Source of the DNA: Pristiophorus japonicus
Taxonomy: Eukaryota
Reading direction: 5' to 3'
DNA length: 64,000 nt
Assembly (NCBI RefSeq): GCF_044704955.1
Contig: NC_091987.1
Location: 80,538,001-80,602,000 of the forward strand
Below the pieces are notes generated by a model. The model was given only the letters and a program-made list of their open reading frames with translations, was not told the DNA's origin and ran no database searches. The position numbers and the translations under genes are program-made. Of the stretch, positions 24,158 through 38,367 are shown piece by piece (position 1 is the stretch's first letter; each line of letters starts with the position of its first letter).

Positions 24158-26880
24158 TGTTATATATTTAAACTTGTATATACCTTGTACAACCACCAGA
24201 GGGCTTATCCTCTGGAGTCCCAAGGGATTCCATAATCCCTTGGGAGCACAGGTACTTAAGGAAGCCTCACAGGCTGAGGAGGCACTCTGGAGATCTGCAA
24301 TAAAAGACTAAGGTCACACTTTACTTTGAGCTCACAGTTTCCAGTCAGACTCTTTATTCATACATAACAACTGGCGACGAGATACAAATGACGAACCCAA
24401 CGATATAGAGTAGAGTGGGCATCCTGGAGAAATTCTTGGAAGTAGATGATTGGGAAACCTTTGTGGGGTGACGAGCTGGAAGGAGAAGCGAACGCTGCCA
24501 AACGAAGGGCAATTCTCTTCACCGTCTGCGGGGCACCACCGTATAGCCTCATGAAAAACCTGCTTGCTCCAGCAAAACCCACGATGATTTGTGCACACTG
24601 GTCCGGGTGCATCTGAACCCGAAGGAAAGCATTCTGATGGCGAGGTACCGGTTCTACACCTACAATAGGTCTGAAGGCCAGGAAGTGGCGAGTTATGTCG
24701 CCGAACTAAGATGCCTTGCAGGACATTGAAATTTAAAGGACATTTGGAGCACATGCTCAGAGACTTTTTCATACTTGGCATTGGCCATGAAATGATACTT
24801 CGCAAACTTTTGACTGTAGAGACCCTAACCTTGAGTAAGGCCATAGCGATAGCCCAGGCATTCACTGCCACCAGTGACAATACTAAGCAAATCTCTCAGC
24901 ACACGAGTGCTACTACAAGTACTGTGAACAAAGTGATGTTGTTTTCAAATCGCAATGTACAGGACAGGCCCCACATTCCTGCAGCTGCACATTCTGCAGA
25001 TGTCTCAGAGTCCACCATCAAGGGTGATGAATCCAAGGCCATTAACACCTTGTTGGCGCTGTGGGGGTGATCATCATTTCCATTCATGCCACTTCAAAAG
25101 GTACATTTGCAAGGGCTGTGGAACAATGGGACACCTCCAACGTATGTGCAGGCGAGCTGCAAATCCTGTTAATCCTGAAAACCACCATGTTGCAGAGGAG
25201 GACAGATCCATGGCGGATCACGATGAACCAGAGCCTCAGACTGAGGAGGCAGAGGTATATGTGGTGCACACATTCACCACAAAGTGTCCCCCGATAACGC
25301 TGAAGGTTGAACTAAATGGACTCCCAGTGTCAATGGAGCTGGACACGGGTGTGAGCCAGTCCATTATGAGCAAAAAGACTTTCGAAAAATTGTGGTGCAG
25401 CAAAGCCTCAAGGCCACTCTTGACTCCAATTCACACAAAACTGAGAACATAAACAAAGGAACTGATTCCTGTAATCGGCAGTGCCACTGTAAAAGTCTCC
25501 TATGATGGAGTGGTGCACAAGCTACCACTCTGGGTGATACCGGGCGATGGTCCCAAGCTGCTCGGAAGGAGCGGGCTGGGAAAGATATGCTGGAACTGGG
25601 ACGACGTCCGAGCGCTCTCATCCGCTGACGACACTTTGTGTGCTCAGGTCTTAAACAAGTTCCCTTCGCTGTTCGAACCATGCATCGGGAAGTTCCAAGG
25701 AGCAAAAGTGCAGATCCACCTAATTCCGGGGGCACGACCCATCCATCGCAAGGCGAGAGCAGTACCGTACATGATGAGAGAAAGGGTAGAGATCGAGCTA
25801 GACTCGCTGCAAAGAGGGAGCATAATTTCGTAGGTCGAATTCAATGAGTGGGCCAGTCCAATTGTTCCTGTCCTCAAGGGAGACGGCACCGTCAGAATCT
25901 GTGGTGATTACAAAGTAACTATCAATCGTTTCTCCCTGCAGGATCAATACCCAGTACCAAAGGCCGATGACCTTTTTGCTACGCTGGTGGGAGGAAAGAT
26001 GTTCACGAAGCTGGACTTGGCCTCAGCCTACATGATGCAGGAGCTGGAGGAATCATTGAAGGCTCTCACCTGCATCAACACATACAAAGGTCTCTTTATT
26101 TATAACAGATGACCATTTGGAATTCGATCAGCGGCGGCGATATTCCAGAGAAACATGGAAAGCTTACTGAAGTCGGTCCCGCGCACGGTGGTCTTCCAGG
26201 ATGACATCTTGGTTACAGGTCGGGACACAAGCGAGCATCTGCAGAATCTGGAGGAGGTTCTTAGTTGACTCAACCATGTGGGGCTCAGGTTAAAATGCTC
26301 GAAGTGCGTTTTCCTAGCGCCTGAAGTGGAGTTCCTGGGCAGAAGAATCGCGGCGGACGGCATCAGGCCCACCGATCCGAAGACGGAGGCAATCGAGAAC
26401 GCACCGAGGCCACAGAACGTGATGGAGCTGCGGTCATTTCTAGGACTCCTGAACTATTTTGGTAACTTCTTACCGGGTCTCAGCACACTGTTAGAAGCAC
26501 TGCACGCTTTACTGCATAAAGGAGACGAATAGGTATGGGCAAAACCCAAGAAAATGCCTTTGTAAAAGCTAGAAAATTGTTATACTCAAACAAATTGCTT
26601 GAGTTGTCTGATCCATGTAAGCGTTTGGTACTAGATTGTGATGCATTGTCAAATGTCATCGGGTGTGTATTGCAACAAACTAATGATTTTGGGAAATTGC
26701 AACCAGTTGCTTATGCATCCAAGAGTCTGTCTAAGGCTGAGAGAGCCTACAGCATGATTGAAAAAGAAGCGTTAGTGTGTGTCTATGGGGTAAAGAAAAT
26801 GCATCAATATCTGTTTGGGCTCAAATTTGAATTGGAAACTTACCATAAGCCACTAATATCCCTGTTTTCCGAGAGTAAAG
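24158..26880 (+). mobile_element. Gypsy (Mag-like) LTR retrotransposon, 3'-truncated: 5' LTR 24158-24369, PBS, gag, protease, RT, part of RNase H
   Basis: PBS TGGCGACGAG at 24372. Knuckles CWRCGGDHHFHSC and CKGCGTMGHLQRMC. Protease ELDTG. RT WASPIVPV, VFQDDILV and LRSFLG. RNase H LDCDA..YSMIEKEAL. Confidence 0.93.
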
Positions 26881-27928
26881 GTTTTCCCTTGATAGCCACG
26901 GTTGAGCCACCTTCCCTTTTTTATTTTTACACCAGACAGGGATGTACAATTGTTGTAGTTCATCCATACGGTCTCTAAATGTCTGCCATTGCCCATCCAC
27001 TGTCAACCCCTTAAGTATCATTCGCCAATCTATCCTAGCCAATTCACGCCTCATACCTTCAAAGTTACCCTTCTTTAAGTTCTGGATCATGGTCTCTGAA
27101 TTAACTGTTTCCTTCTCCATCCTAATGTAGAATTCCACCATATTATGGTCACTCTTCCCCAAGGGGCCTCGCACAACGAGATTGCTAATTAATCCTCTCT
27201 CATTACACAACATCCAGTCAAAGATGGCCTCCCCCCTCGTTGGTTCCTCGACATATTGGTCTAGAAAACCATCCCTTATGCACTCCAGGAAATCCTCCAC
27301 CATATTGCTTCCAGTTTGGTTAGCCCAATCTATATACATATTAAAGTCACCCATGATAACTGCTGCACCTTTATTGCATGCACCCCTAATTTCCTGTTTG
27401 ATGCCCTCCCCAACATCATTACTACTGTTTGGAGGTCTGTACACAACTCCCACTAGTGTTTTCAGCCCTTTGGTATTCCGTAGCTCCACCCATACCGATT
27501 CCACATCATCCAAGCTAAATGTCTTTCCTTACTATTGCATTAATTTCCTCTTTAACCAGCAACTCCACTCCGTCTCCTTTTCCTTTCTGTCTATCTTTCC
27601 TAAATGTTGAATACCCTTGGATGTTGAGTTCCCAGTCTTGGTCATCCTGGAGCCATGTTTCCGTGATGCCAACCACATCGTATCCGTTAACTGCTATCTG
27701 CACAGTTAATTCATCCACCTTATTCCGAATACTCCTCGCATTGAGGCACAGAGCCTTCAGGCTTGCCTTTTTAACACACTTTGACTGTTTAGAATTTTGC
27801 TGTAAAGTGGCCCTTTTTGTTTTTTGCCTTGGGTTTCTCTGCCCTCCCCTTTTACTCATCTCCTTTCTGTCTTTTGCTTCTGTCTCCCTGCATTGGTTCC
27901 CATCCCCCTACTATATTAGTTTAACTCC
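26878..27928 (-). mobile_element. CR1 fragment (ORF2 N-terminal endonuclease), truncated at both ends
   Basis: ORFs 27515..27859 and 26821..27513 (CLNARSIRNK, GITETW, GDFN, SDHN). Confidence 0.93.
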
Positions 27929-28246
27929 TGTATGTATCCCAAATGCCCTCTTATATACTTTATCTACCTGTCCTGTTACCGTCAAGGATCTGTGCATTAG
28001 CACTCCAAGGTCCCTCTGTTCCTCTACACTTCTCTGTGTCCGACCATTTATTGTGTATTCCTTTGCCTTGTTAGCCCTCCCCAAATGCATTACATCCACT
28101 TCTCCAGATTGAATTCCATTTACCACTATTCTGCCCACCTGACCAGTCCATTGGTATCTTCCTGCAGTCAACAGCTTTCTTCTTCATTAACAACCACATG
28201 ACCAATTTTTGTATCATCTGCAAAAATCTTAATCATACCCCCGACA

Positions 28247-31097
28247 TAAGGTGGATGAATTAACTGTGCAAATAGATGTTAACAAATATGATGTGATTGG
28301 GATTACGGAGACGTGGCTCCAGGATGATCAGGACTGGGAACTCAACATCCAGGGGTATTCAACATTCAGGAAAGATAGAATAAAAGGAAAAGGAGGTGGG
28401 GTAGCATTGCTGGTTAAGGAGGAAATTAAGGCAATAGTTCGGAAGGACATTAGCTTGGATGATGTGGAATCTATATGGGTAGAGCTGCAGAACACCAAAG
28501 GGCAAAAAAACGTTAGTGGGAGTTGTGTACAGACCTCCAAACAGTAGTAGTGATGTTGGGGAGGGCATCAAACATGAAATTAGGGGTGCATGCAATAAAG
28601 GTGCAGCAGTTATAATGGGTGACTTTAATATGCACATAGATTGGGTTAACCAAACTGGAAGCAATACGGTGGAGGAGGATTTCCTGGAGTGCATAAGGGA
28701 TGGTTTTTTAGACCAATATGTCGAGGAACCAACTAGGGGGGAGGCCATCTTAGACTGGGTATTGTGTAATGAGAGAGGATTAATTAGTAATCTCGTTGTG
28801 CGAGGCCCCTTGGGGAAGAGTGACCATAATATGGTGGAATTCTGCATTAGGATGGAGAATGAAACAGTTAATTCAGAGACCATGGTCCAGAACTTAAAGA
28901 AGGGTAACTTTGAAGGTATGAGGCATGAATTGGCTAGGATAGCATGGCGAATGTTACTTAAGGGGTTGACTGTGGATGGGCAATGGCAGACATTTAGAGA
29001 CCGCATGGATGAACTACAACAATTGTACATTCCTGTCTGGCGTAAAAATAAAAAAGGGAAGGTGGCTCAACCGTGGCTATCAAGGGAAATCAGGGATAGT
29101 ATTAAAGCCAAGGAAGTGGCATACAAATTGGCCAGAAATAGCAGTGAACCCGGGGACTGGGAGAAATTTAGAACTCAGCAGAGGAGGACAAAGGGTTTGA
29201 TTAGGGCAGGGAAAATGGAGTACGAGAAGAAGCTTGCAGGGAACATTAAGACGGATTGCAAAAGTTTCGATAGATATGTAAAGAGAAAAAGGTTAGTAAA
29301 GACAAACGTAGGTCCCCTGCAGTCAGAATCAGGGGAAGTCATAACGGGGAACAAAGAAATGGCGGACCAATTGAACAAGTACTTTGGTTCGGTATTCACG
29401 AAGGAGGACACGAACAACCTTCCGGATATAAAAGGGGTCGGGGGGTCTAGTAAGGAGGAGGAACTGAGGGAAATCCTTATTAGTCGGGAAATTGTGTTGG
29501 GGAAATTGATGGGATTGAGGGCCGATAAATCCCCAGGGCCTGATGGACTGCATCCCAGAGTACTTAAGGAGGTGGCCTTGGAAATAGTGGATGCATTGAC
29601 AGTCATTTTCCAACATTTCATTGACTCTGAATCAGTTCCTATGGAGTGGAGGGTAGCCAATGTAACCCCACTTTTTAAAAAAGGAGCGAGAGAGATAACA
29701 GGGAATTATAGACCGGTCAGCCTGACATCGGTAGTGGGTAAAATGATGGAATCAATTATTAAGGATGTCATAGCAGTGCATTTGGAAAGAGGTGACATGA
29801 TAGGTCCAAGTCAGCATGGATTTGTGAAAGGGAAATCATGCTTGACAAATCTTCTGGAATTTTTTGAGGATGTTTCCAGTAGAGTGGACAAGGGAGAACC
29901 AGTTGATGTGGTATATTTGGACTTTCAGAAGGCTTTCGACAAGGTCCCACACAAGAGATTAATGTGCAAAGTTAAAGCACATGGGATTGGGGGTAGTGTG
30001 CTGACATGGATTGAGAACTGGTTGTCAGACAGGAAGCAAAGAGTAGGAGTAAATGGGGACTTTTCAGAATGGCAGGCAGTGACTAGTGGGGTACCGCATG
30101 TTCTGTGCTAGAGCCCCAGCTGTTTATACTGTACATTAATGATTTAGACGAGGGGATTAAATGTAGTATCTCCAAATTTGTGGATGACACTAAGTTTGGT
30201 GGCAGTGTGAGCTGCGAGGAGGATGCTATGAGGCTGCAGAGTGACTTGGATAGGTTAGGTGAGTGGGCAAATGCATGGCAGATGAAGTATAATGTGGATA
30301 AATGTGAGGTTATCCACTTTGGTGGTAAAAACAGAGAGACAGACTATTATCTGAATGGTGACAGATTAGGAAAAGGGGAGGTGCAAAGAGACCTGGGTGT
30401 CATGGTACATCAGTCATTGAAGGTTGGCATGCAGGTACAGCAGGCGGTTAAGAAAGCAAATGGCATGTTGGCCTTCATAGCAAGGGGATTTGAGGACAGG
30501 GGCAGGGAGGTGTTGCTACAGTTGTACAGGGCCTTGGTGAGGCCACACCTGGAGTATTGTGTACAGTTTTGGTCTCCTAACCTGAGGAAGGACATTCTTG
30601 CTATTGAGGGAGTGCAGCGAAGGTTCACCAGACTGATTCGAGGGATGGTGGGACTGACCTATCAAGAAAGACTGGATCAACTGGGCTTATATTCACTGGA
30701 GTTCAGAAGAATGAGAGGGGACCTCATAGAAACGTTGGGTTAGACAGGTTAGATGCAGGAAGAATGTTCCCAATGTTGGGGAAGTCCAGAACCAGGGGAC
30801 ACAGTCTAAGGATAAGGGGTAAGCCATTTAGGACCGAGATGAGGAGGAATTTCTTCACCCAGAGAGTGGTGAACCTGTGGAATTCTCTACCACAGAAAGT
30901 TGTTGAGGCTAATTCACTAAATATATTCAAAAAGGAGTTAGATGAAGTCCTTACTACTAGGGGGATCAAGGGGTATGGCGAGAAAGCAGGAATGGGGTAC
31001 TGAAGTTGCATGTTCAGCCATGAACTCAATGAATGGCGGTGCAGGCTAGAAGGGCCGAATGGCCTACTCCTGCACCTATTTTCTATGTTTCTATGTT
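28247..31097 (+). mobile_element. Young CR1, 5'-truncated ORF2
   Basis: 531-aa and 212-aa EN/RT ORFs and (TTCTATGT)n tail. Confidence 0.96.
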
Positions 31098-31154
31098 ACA
31101 TTCATGTCTAAATCATTGATATATACCACAAAAAGCAAGGGACCTAGTACTGAG

Positions 31155-31793
31155 CAGCATCAGTGGATTGCGGCGAAGTTTGGTGTTGCTGTTGATGCTG
31201 CTGGTGTGCCTGGTGATGCCGGTGCTAGGGCTAATCGTGGTGGGATTGTGAGGACCAAGGTGAGAGAGTTTCAAGGGCACCCATGCTGATGGAATAGATG
31301 GCAGGTGAAGTAGAGATGACAGAAGTGATCTGCCAATGGTGGGAGAAGTAATGATGTCAGACTGGATGGAGACTTATCGCATTCTGAATCTGTCGTGGAA
31401 ATGCAGTTTAGAGAAGCTAGTGGCTAAAGGAAGCTATCTGAATCAGCTGGGAGCTTTTAATTGACATTTGAAACCATCAACTCATCAGCTGAAACAATGG
31501 CATGTGACCTCCAGCTTCAACTTCACTGACGAGGTCTAGGCAGAGCAGGAAACCGGTGGGCGACCTGTCAAATTCAAGAAGCTGGGGAAAAGCATTGTTA
31601 ACTAGCTGTAAACAAGCCACTAATGATTTCAAATGCCTCCCCTGCCACTGCATGTCGGGTGTGCTCAGCGCATTTGATAAAGGTGTGTGCCGGCGAGTTG
31701 ACAGTGGGGTCCTGACCCACTGGGGGAAATAAAACCACTCCCACCCGATCCGCCTCCGATCACGCCCTCTGACTACCCGTAAAATTTCCCCCC
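31155..31793 (-). mobile_element. Probable Harbinger terminal fragment (TIR plus Q/H-rich transposase start)
   Basis: AAAATTTCCCCCC end. Minus strand MGAL...HRHHQAHQQHQQQH resembles the Q-rich N-terminus of the Harbinger at 2130-4445. Confidence 0.4.
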
Positions 31794-32099
31794 TAATTTC
31801 GATCCAGTGACTCGAAAATGCATGTGCTGGTCATTGGGTGAGGTTAAAGTGAGGCACAGTAAAAAACGCTGCCAAGGTACTGTCTACCATCCTCACACAT
31901 GAAGAATAACAATTGCATGAGTCTCCAATCTCCTCCCTCTCCAGATCCAGCTTCAGTTTCCCTTTACTTTTTAGACTTGTCATCTGATCAATGTTGCTCC
32001 AACTTCCTCTTTCATGTGAAACCTGTTATGTGATTTATCTATTTAGTTTGGTTACAGCGCTTTCACATATACAAAGGAGAATGAATCAACCCTAGTTTC

Positions 32100-33050
32100 T
32101 AGACAGGCTGGTGAAATAGGCGGACACGTGGCAGATGAAATTTAACGCAGAAAAGAGGATTCCGTAAGCTTTTTTAACTGTTTTCTCAACCTGCCCTGCC
32201 ACCTTCAACAATTTGTGCACACATACCCCCCAGGTTTCTCTGTACCCTTTAGCTTATAGTGCCTCTCCTCATTCTTCATTTTGGTAGGAAGAACGAGGAG
32301 AGGCAGTATAAGCTTAAGGGTACAATCCTAAAGGGGGTGCATGAACAGAGAGACCTGGGATATGTGCACAAATTATTGAAGGTGGCAGGGCAGGTTGAGG
32401 AAGTGGTTAAAAAAGCTTACGGAATCCTGGGCTTTATTAATAGAGGCACAGAGTAAAAAAGCAAGGAAGTTATGATGAGCCGTTATAAAACACTAATTTG
32501 GCCTCAATTGGAGAATTGTGTTCAATTCTGGGCAATGCACTTTAGGAAGGATATGAAGGCCTTAGAGAGGGTACAGAAAAGATTTATAAGGATGTTTCCA
32601 GGGATGAGGGACTTCAGTTACGTGGATAGACTACAGAAGCTGGGGTTGCTCTCCTTAGAGCAGAGAAGGTTGAGAGGAGTTTTGATAGAGATGTTCAGAA
32701 ACATGAGGGGTCTAAACAGAGTAGATAGAGAGAAACTGTTCCCATTTGCAGAAGGGTCGAGATCCAGAGAACACAGATTTAAGGTGATTGGCAAAAGAAC
32801 CAAAGGTGACATGAGGAAAAACTTTTTTATGCAGCGATTGGTTAGGATCTGGATAGCACTGCCTGAAAGGGAGGTGGAGGCAGATTCAACTGTAGCCTTC
32901 AAAAGGGAATCAAATAAGTACCTGAAGGAAAAACATTTGTAGGTCTACAGGGAAAGGGCGGTGGAATGGGACTAGCTGAGGTGCTCTTGCAGAGAGCTGG
33001 CACAGGCTTAATGGGCTGAATGGCCTCCTTCTGTGCTATAACCATTCTAT
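32100..33050 (+). mobile_element. Old CR1 3' fragment with an internal inverted duplication
   Basis: WQMKFNAEK, HFGRKN, QLENCVQFW and NFFMQR motifs. Confidence 0.88.
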
Positions 33051-33458
33051 GGGTCCAACTTTGCCCAACCCTTTTTTTCAGCGCACTTACCTTAAGTGCG
33101 TCGACTTTGCGCGCTGGAAAGGGCGCCAGAAAAAAGTGGCCCCATCCTGGCCGCTCTTCCGAGTCCCCGGAGTCTCGGCGCAGCGTGCATTCTGAAGTGG
33201 GGGGCGAAGCAACAGGCCAGCGCAGAAAACAATGCCGGCACCTGCGCGCATGCGCAGTGAAGTCTGCGCACATGCTCCTGCCCTCCCAGCGTGTCCTGCG
33301 GGCTGTGAGCAGGACCCAATGCTTGCAGCCCCTATCCCAGGCCGAAGGGATGCCCGATTTCGCCGCACCTTAGCCCCAGCCAAGTGGCCTCCTGCACCAG
33401 CCGGCCGGCCCGGGCAAAGTAGGGCTGCAGTTTTATTTTTTATTTATTGGTTGTGCTT

Positions 33459-36400
33459 AGAAACAAAGAAACATAGAAAATAGGTGCAGGAGTAGGCTAT
33501 TCTGCACTTCGAGCCTGCACCACTATTCAATAAGATCATTCCCTCAGTACCCCTTTCCTGCTTTCTTTCCATACTCCTTGATCCCTTTAGCCGTAAGAGC
33601 CATATCAAACTCCCTCTTGAATATATCCAATGAACTGGCATCAACAACTCTCTGCGGTAGGGAATTCCACAGGTTGACAACTCTCTGAGTGAAGAAGTTT
33701 CTCCTCATCTCAGTCCTAAATGGCCTATCCCTTATCCTAAGACTGTGTCCCCTGGTTCTGGACTTCCCCATCATCGGGAACATTCTTCCCGCATCTAACC
33801 TGTCCAGTCCCGTCAGAATCTTGTAAGTTTCTATGAGATCCCCTCTCATCCTTCGAAACCCCAGTGTATAAAGGCCCAGTCGATCCAGTCTCTCCTCATA
33901 TGTCAGTCCTGCCATCCCGGGAATCAGTCTGGTGAACCTTCGCTGCACTCCCTCATTAGAAAGATTAGGAGACCAAAACTGAACACAATATTCCAGGTGA
34001 GGCCTCACCAAGGCCCTGTACAACTGCAGTAAGACCTCCCTGCTCCTATACTCAAATCCCCTAGCTATGAAGGCCAATATACCAGTTGCCTTCTTCACCG
34101 CCTGCTGTACCTGCATGCCAACTTTCAATGACTGATGAACCATGACCCCCAGGTCTCATTGCACCTCCCCCTTTCCTAATCTGCCGCCATTCAGATAATA
34201 TTCTGCCTTTGTGTTTTTGCCCCCAAAGTGGATAACCTCACATTTATTCACATTATACTGCATCTGCCATGCATTTGCCCACTCATCTAACCTGTTCAAG
34301 TCACCCTGCAGCCTCTTAGCGTCCTCCTCACAGCTCACACCGCCATCCAGTTTAGTGTCATTTGCAAACTTGGAGATATTACACTCAATTCCTTCATCTA
34401 AATCATTGATGTATATAGTAAAGAGCTATGGTCCCAGCACTGAGCCCTGCGGCACTCCACAAGTCACTGCCTGCCATTCTGAAAAGGACCTGTTTATCCC
34501 AACTCTCTGCTTCCTGTCTGCCAACCAGTTCTCTATCCAGTACATTACCCCCAATACCATGTGCTTTGATTTTGCACACCAATCTCTTGTGTGGGACCTT
34601 GTCAAAAGCCTTTTGAAAGTCCAAATACACCACATCCACTGGTTCTCCCTTGTCCACTCTACTAGTTACATCCTCAAAAAATTCCAGAAGATTTGTTAAG
34701 CATGATCTCCCTTTCATAAATTCATGCTGACTTGGACCGATCCTGTCACTGCTTTCCAAATGCGCTGCTATTTCATCTTTAATAATTGATTTCAACATTT
34801 TCCCCACTACTGATATCAGGCTAACCGTTCTATAATTACCCGTTTTCTCTCTCCTTCCTTTTTTAAACAGTAGGGTTACATTAGCTACCCTCCAGTCCAT
34901 AGGAACTGATCCAGAGTCGATAGACTGATCACCAATTAGATCATCAATGCATCCAGTATTTCTATAGTCACTTCCTTCAGTACTCTGGGATGTAGACTAT
35001 CAGGCCCCAAGGATTTATCGACCTTCAATCCCATCAATTTCCCTAACACAATTTCACGCTTTATAAGGATATCCTTCAGTTCCTCCTTCTCACTAGACCC
35101 TCGGTCCCCTAGTATTTCCGGAAGGTTATTTGTGTCTTCCTTCGTGAAAACAGAACCAAAGTATTTGTTTAACTGGTAAGCCATTCCTTTGTTCCCCATT
35201 ATAAATTCACCTGAATCTGACTGCAAGGGACCTACGTTTGTTTTCACTAATCTTTTTCTCTTCACATATCTATAGAAGCTTTTGTAGTCAGTTTTTATGT
35301 TCCCTCTCATACTCTATTTTCCTCCTCATAATTAAACTCTTTGTCCTTCTCTGCTGTATTACAAAATTCTCCCAGTCCTCAGGTGTGCTGCTTTTTCTGG
35401 CCAATTATATGCCTCTTCCTTGGATTATCCTTAATTTCCCTTGTTAGCCACGGTTGAGCCATCTTATCTGTTTTATTTTTACTCCAGACAGGGATGTACA
35501 ATTGTTGAAGTTCATCCATGTGATCTTTAAATGTTTGCCATTGCCTATCCACCATCAACCTTTTAAGTATCACTCGCCAGTCTATTCTAGCCAATTCACG
35601 TCTCATACCATCGAAGTTACCTTTCCCCAAGTTCAGGACCCTAGTCTCTGAATTAACTCTGTCACTCTCCATTTTAATAAAGAATTCTACCATATTATGG
35701 TCACTCTTCCCCAAGGGGCCTCGCACAACAAGATTGTTAATTAGTCCTTTCTCATTACACACCACCCAGTCCAGGATGGCCAGCTCTCTAGTTGGTTCCT
35801 CAACATATTGGTCTAGAAAACCATTCCTAATGCACTCCAGGAAATCCTCCTCCACCGCATTGCTACCAGTTTGGTTAGCCCAGTCAATATGTAGATTAAA
35901 GTTGCCCATGATAACTGCTGTACCTTTATTGCACGCATCCCTAATTTCTTGTTTGATGCTGTCCCCATCCTCATCACTATTGTTTGGTGGTCTGTACACA
36001 ACTCCCACTGGCGTTTTCTGCCCTTTGATATTCCGTAGCTCCACCCATACAGATTCCACATCATCCAAGCTAATGTCCTTCCTTACTATTGCATTAATTT
36101 CCTCTTTAACCAGCAACGCCACCCCACCTCCTTTTCCTTTCTGTCTATCCTTCCTAAATGTTGAATACCCCTGGATATTGAGTTCCCAGCCTTGGTCACT
36201 CTGGAGTCATGTCTCCTTGATGCCAATTACATCATATCCGTTAACTGCTATCTGCACAATTAATTCGTCCAGCTTATTACGAATATTCCTCGCATTGAGG
36301 CACAGAGCCTTCAGGCTTGTCTTTTTAACATCCTTTGCCCCTTTAGGATTTTGCTGTAATGTGGCCCTTTTTGCTTTTTGCCTTGGGTTTCTCTGCCCTC

Positions 36401-37010
36401 CACTTTTACTTTTCTTCTTTCTATCTTTTGCTTCTGCCCCCATTCTACTTCCCTCTGTCTCCCTGCATAGGTTCCCATCCCCTTGCCATATTAGTTTAAC
36501 CCCTCCCCAACAGCACTAGCAAACACTCCCCTTAGGACATTGGTTCCGGTCCTGCCTAGGTACAGACCGTCTAGTTTGTACTAATCCCACCTCCCCCAGA
36601 ACCAGTTCCAATGTCCCAGGAATTTGAATCCCTCCCTTCTGCACCAGTCCTCAAGCCACATATTCATCTGAGCTATCCTGTGATTCCTACTCTGACTAGC
36701 ATGTGGCACTGGTAGCAATCCTGAGATTACTACTTTTGAGGTCCTACTTTTTAATTTAGCTCCTAGCTCCATAAATTCGTCTTGTAGGACCTCAACCCAT
36801 TTTTTACCTATATCGTTGGTACCTATATGCACCACGACAACCTCCCCCTTCAAATTGTCCTGCACCCGCTCCGAGACACCCTTAACCCTTGCACCAGGGA
36901 GGCAACATACCATCCTGGAGTCTTGGTTGCGGCCGCAGAAATGTCTATCTATTCCCCTTACTATAGCTCTTCCACTCTTTTTCCTGCCCTCCTGTGCAGC
37001 ACAGCCACCC
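33459..37010 (-). mobile_element. CR1 with 3' half of ORF1 (SGNH esterase) and disrupted ORF2
   Basis: VCCLPGARV, VVHIGTND and WNWFWGRWD (ORF1), EN and RT fragments, and the tail at 33459. Confidence 0.95.
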
Positions 37011-37058
37011 ATGGACTTGGCTGCTGCTGCCCTCCCCTGCTTGAGAGTTTTGATTGCA

Positions 37059-37353
37059 AGGGGGGAGGAGGAGAGTTTTTTTTGGGGGGAAAGAACGAGT
37101 GTATTGGGGGTGGGGGGGTGGAGGTGCACTTGAAGGGGGGGGGAAGAGAAAGAGTGTATTGGGGGAAGGAGGAGAGTTTTGAGGGGGGAGAGAAGAAAGT
37201 GTTTTGTGGGGAGGAGAGTGTTTGGGGGGGAGAAGAGTTTTGCAGGGGGGAGAGAAAGAGTGTTTTTGGGGAGGGGAGAAATAGTGTTTTGTATACCAGC
37301 ATCCCTTTCTCTCTCTCTCGCTACCCCGCCCCCCGCCCCCCCCCCCCCCCCCC
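37059..37353. repeat. Purine-rich low-complexity tract followed by poly-C
   Basis: Repeated GGGGGAGAGAAAGAGTGT-like units, then C-runs at 37324-37353. Confidence 0.8.
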
Positions 37354-38367
37354 GGTGACATTGCGGCCAGCAGAGCTCGCCTTTCTCCGATAGGATTTAC
37401 TTCATTTTTATCAGTATTTTAATTGTTTGACCTTTTCTTTGCAATGTTTGGTGCTTGGTTGTTGAGGTCCGCTCCGGTTCCCTTCCCTCCCCTATCCCTG
37501 CCCTAATGTCTGCCGAATGTGCGCTGCTTTTTCTTCACTGCCCGCAAGGTTTTTCAGAGCTGGCCACATACGCTGACCTAAGTCGATTTGGAGTAAGTTT
37601 TAGCTGGCCAAAGTAGCATAAATGGCCAAAGCTGGCATAAGTGTCTGGGAAAGCCCCCTTTTGAAAAAAAAACGACCTAAAAAAATCATACCTAATTGAC
37701 TTATTCTGGAGCAAATTTTGGGGGGAAAATGGAATTTTTTAACTTACGCCAGAAAAAAACAACTTACTCCAAAAAAATTGATGCAAGTCATGGTCAAAGT
37801 TCGGCCTATTCGAGGCAAATACTGATGAAGTCTTAGAAACCGAATATTAACAAAAGAAATTCAAACAATGATATCCTATATTTGGTAAAAAAAAAAGATC
37901 AGCTCGAAGTCTGACACATTAGTTTGCGCTGATCCGTGAAATTACATTAGTTTCTCATCCATTTTCTCTTCTTCGGGTCACTCACCAGCATTGTGCTTTA
38001 GGTACAGTGGTGACAAGTGACCTGGAAGGCAAGGAGACTTACTTTGGCCTTCCACTCTGTCCTTTCTTTCGAGGAATTGGGTTCAACTTCAGCACAGACT
38101 GATGGAAGGAAAGTCTTTCCTCAATCTGCTTGTTGTAATGCTCGTACCCAGAATGAGTTCCTGGTGGCCATAGCTCTACAGCACAAAACTGCCCACATAT
38201 TGGCACGCTGACCCAGAATGGTTATAAGAATGGTAACTGTAAGAAATTACACTTTTTTGGCGAGAACATTCTCATATTACAACACACAGGGGTTTCAGGT
38301 CAATCAAAGGTTAAAGTATAGTCTAGCAAATTTTAATTTGGAACCACACAAATTATTGGCAGCTTAC

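Larger units (their letters stand above)
33051..37806. mobile_element. Harbinger-type MITE split by a CR1 insertion
   Basis: TIRs GGGTCCAACTTTGCCCA / TGGTCAAAGTTCGGCC, with TAT on both flanks. Confidence 0.6.

Noticed and set aside
26878-31097. Head-to-head CR1 pair as one twin-primed insertion
   Set aside because: The two copies overlap over the endonuclease region, differ in sequence and are separated by an older CR1 fragment, so they are independent insertions.
35734-36519. Long antisense ORFs over CR1 ORF2 (also 28359..29030 and 46251..46952)
   Set aside because: They are reverse-frame shadows that recur in each CR1 copy, with no independent protein motifs.
36827-37393. 188-aa G/E-rich ORF
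   Set aside because: It results from antisense CR1 running into a stop-poor low-complexity tract.
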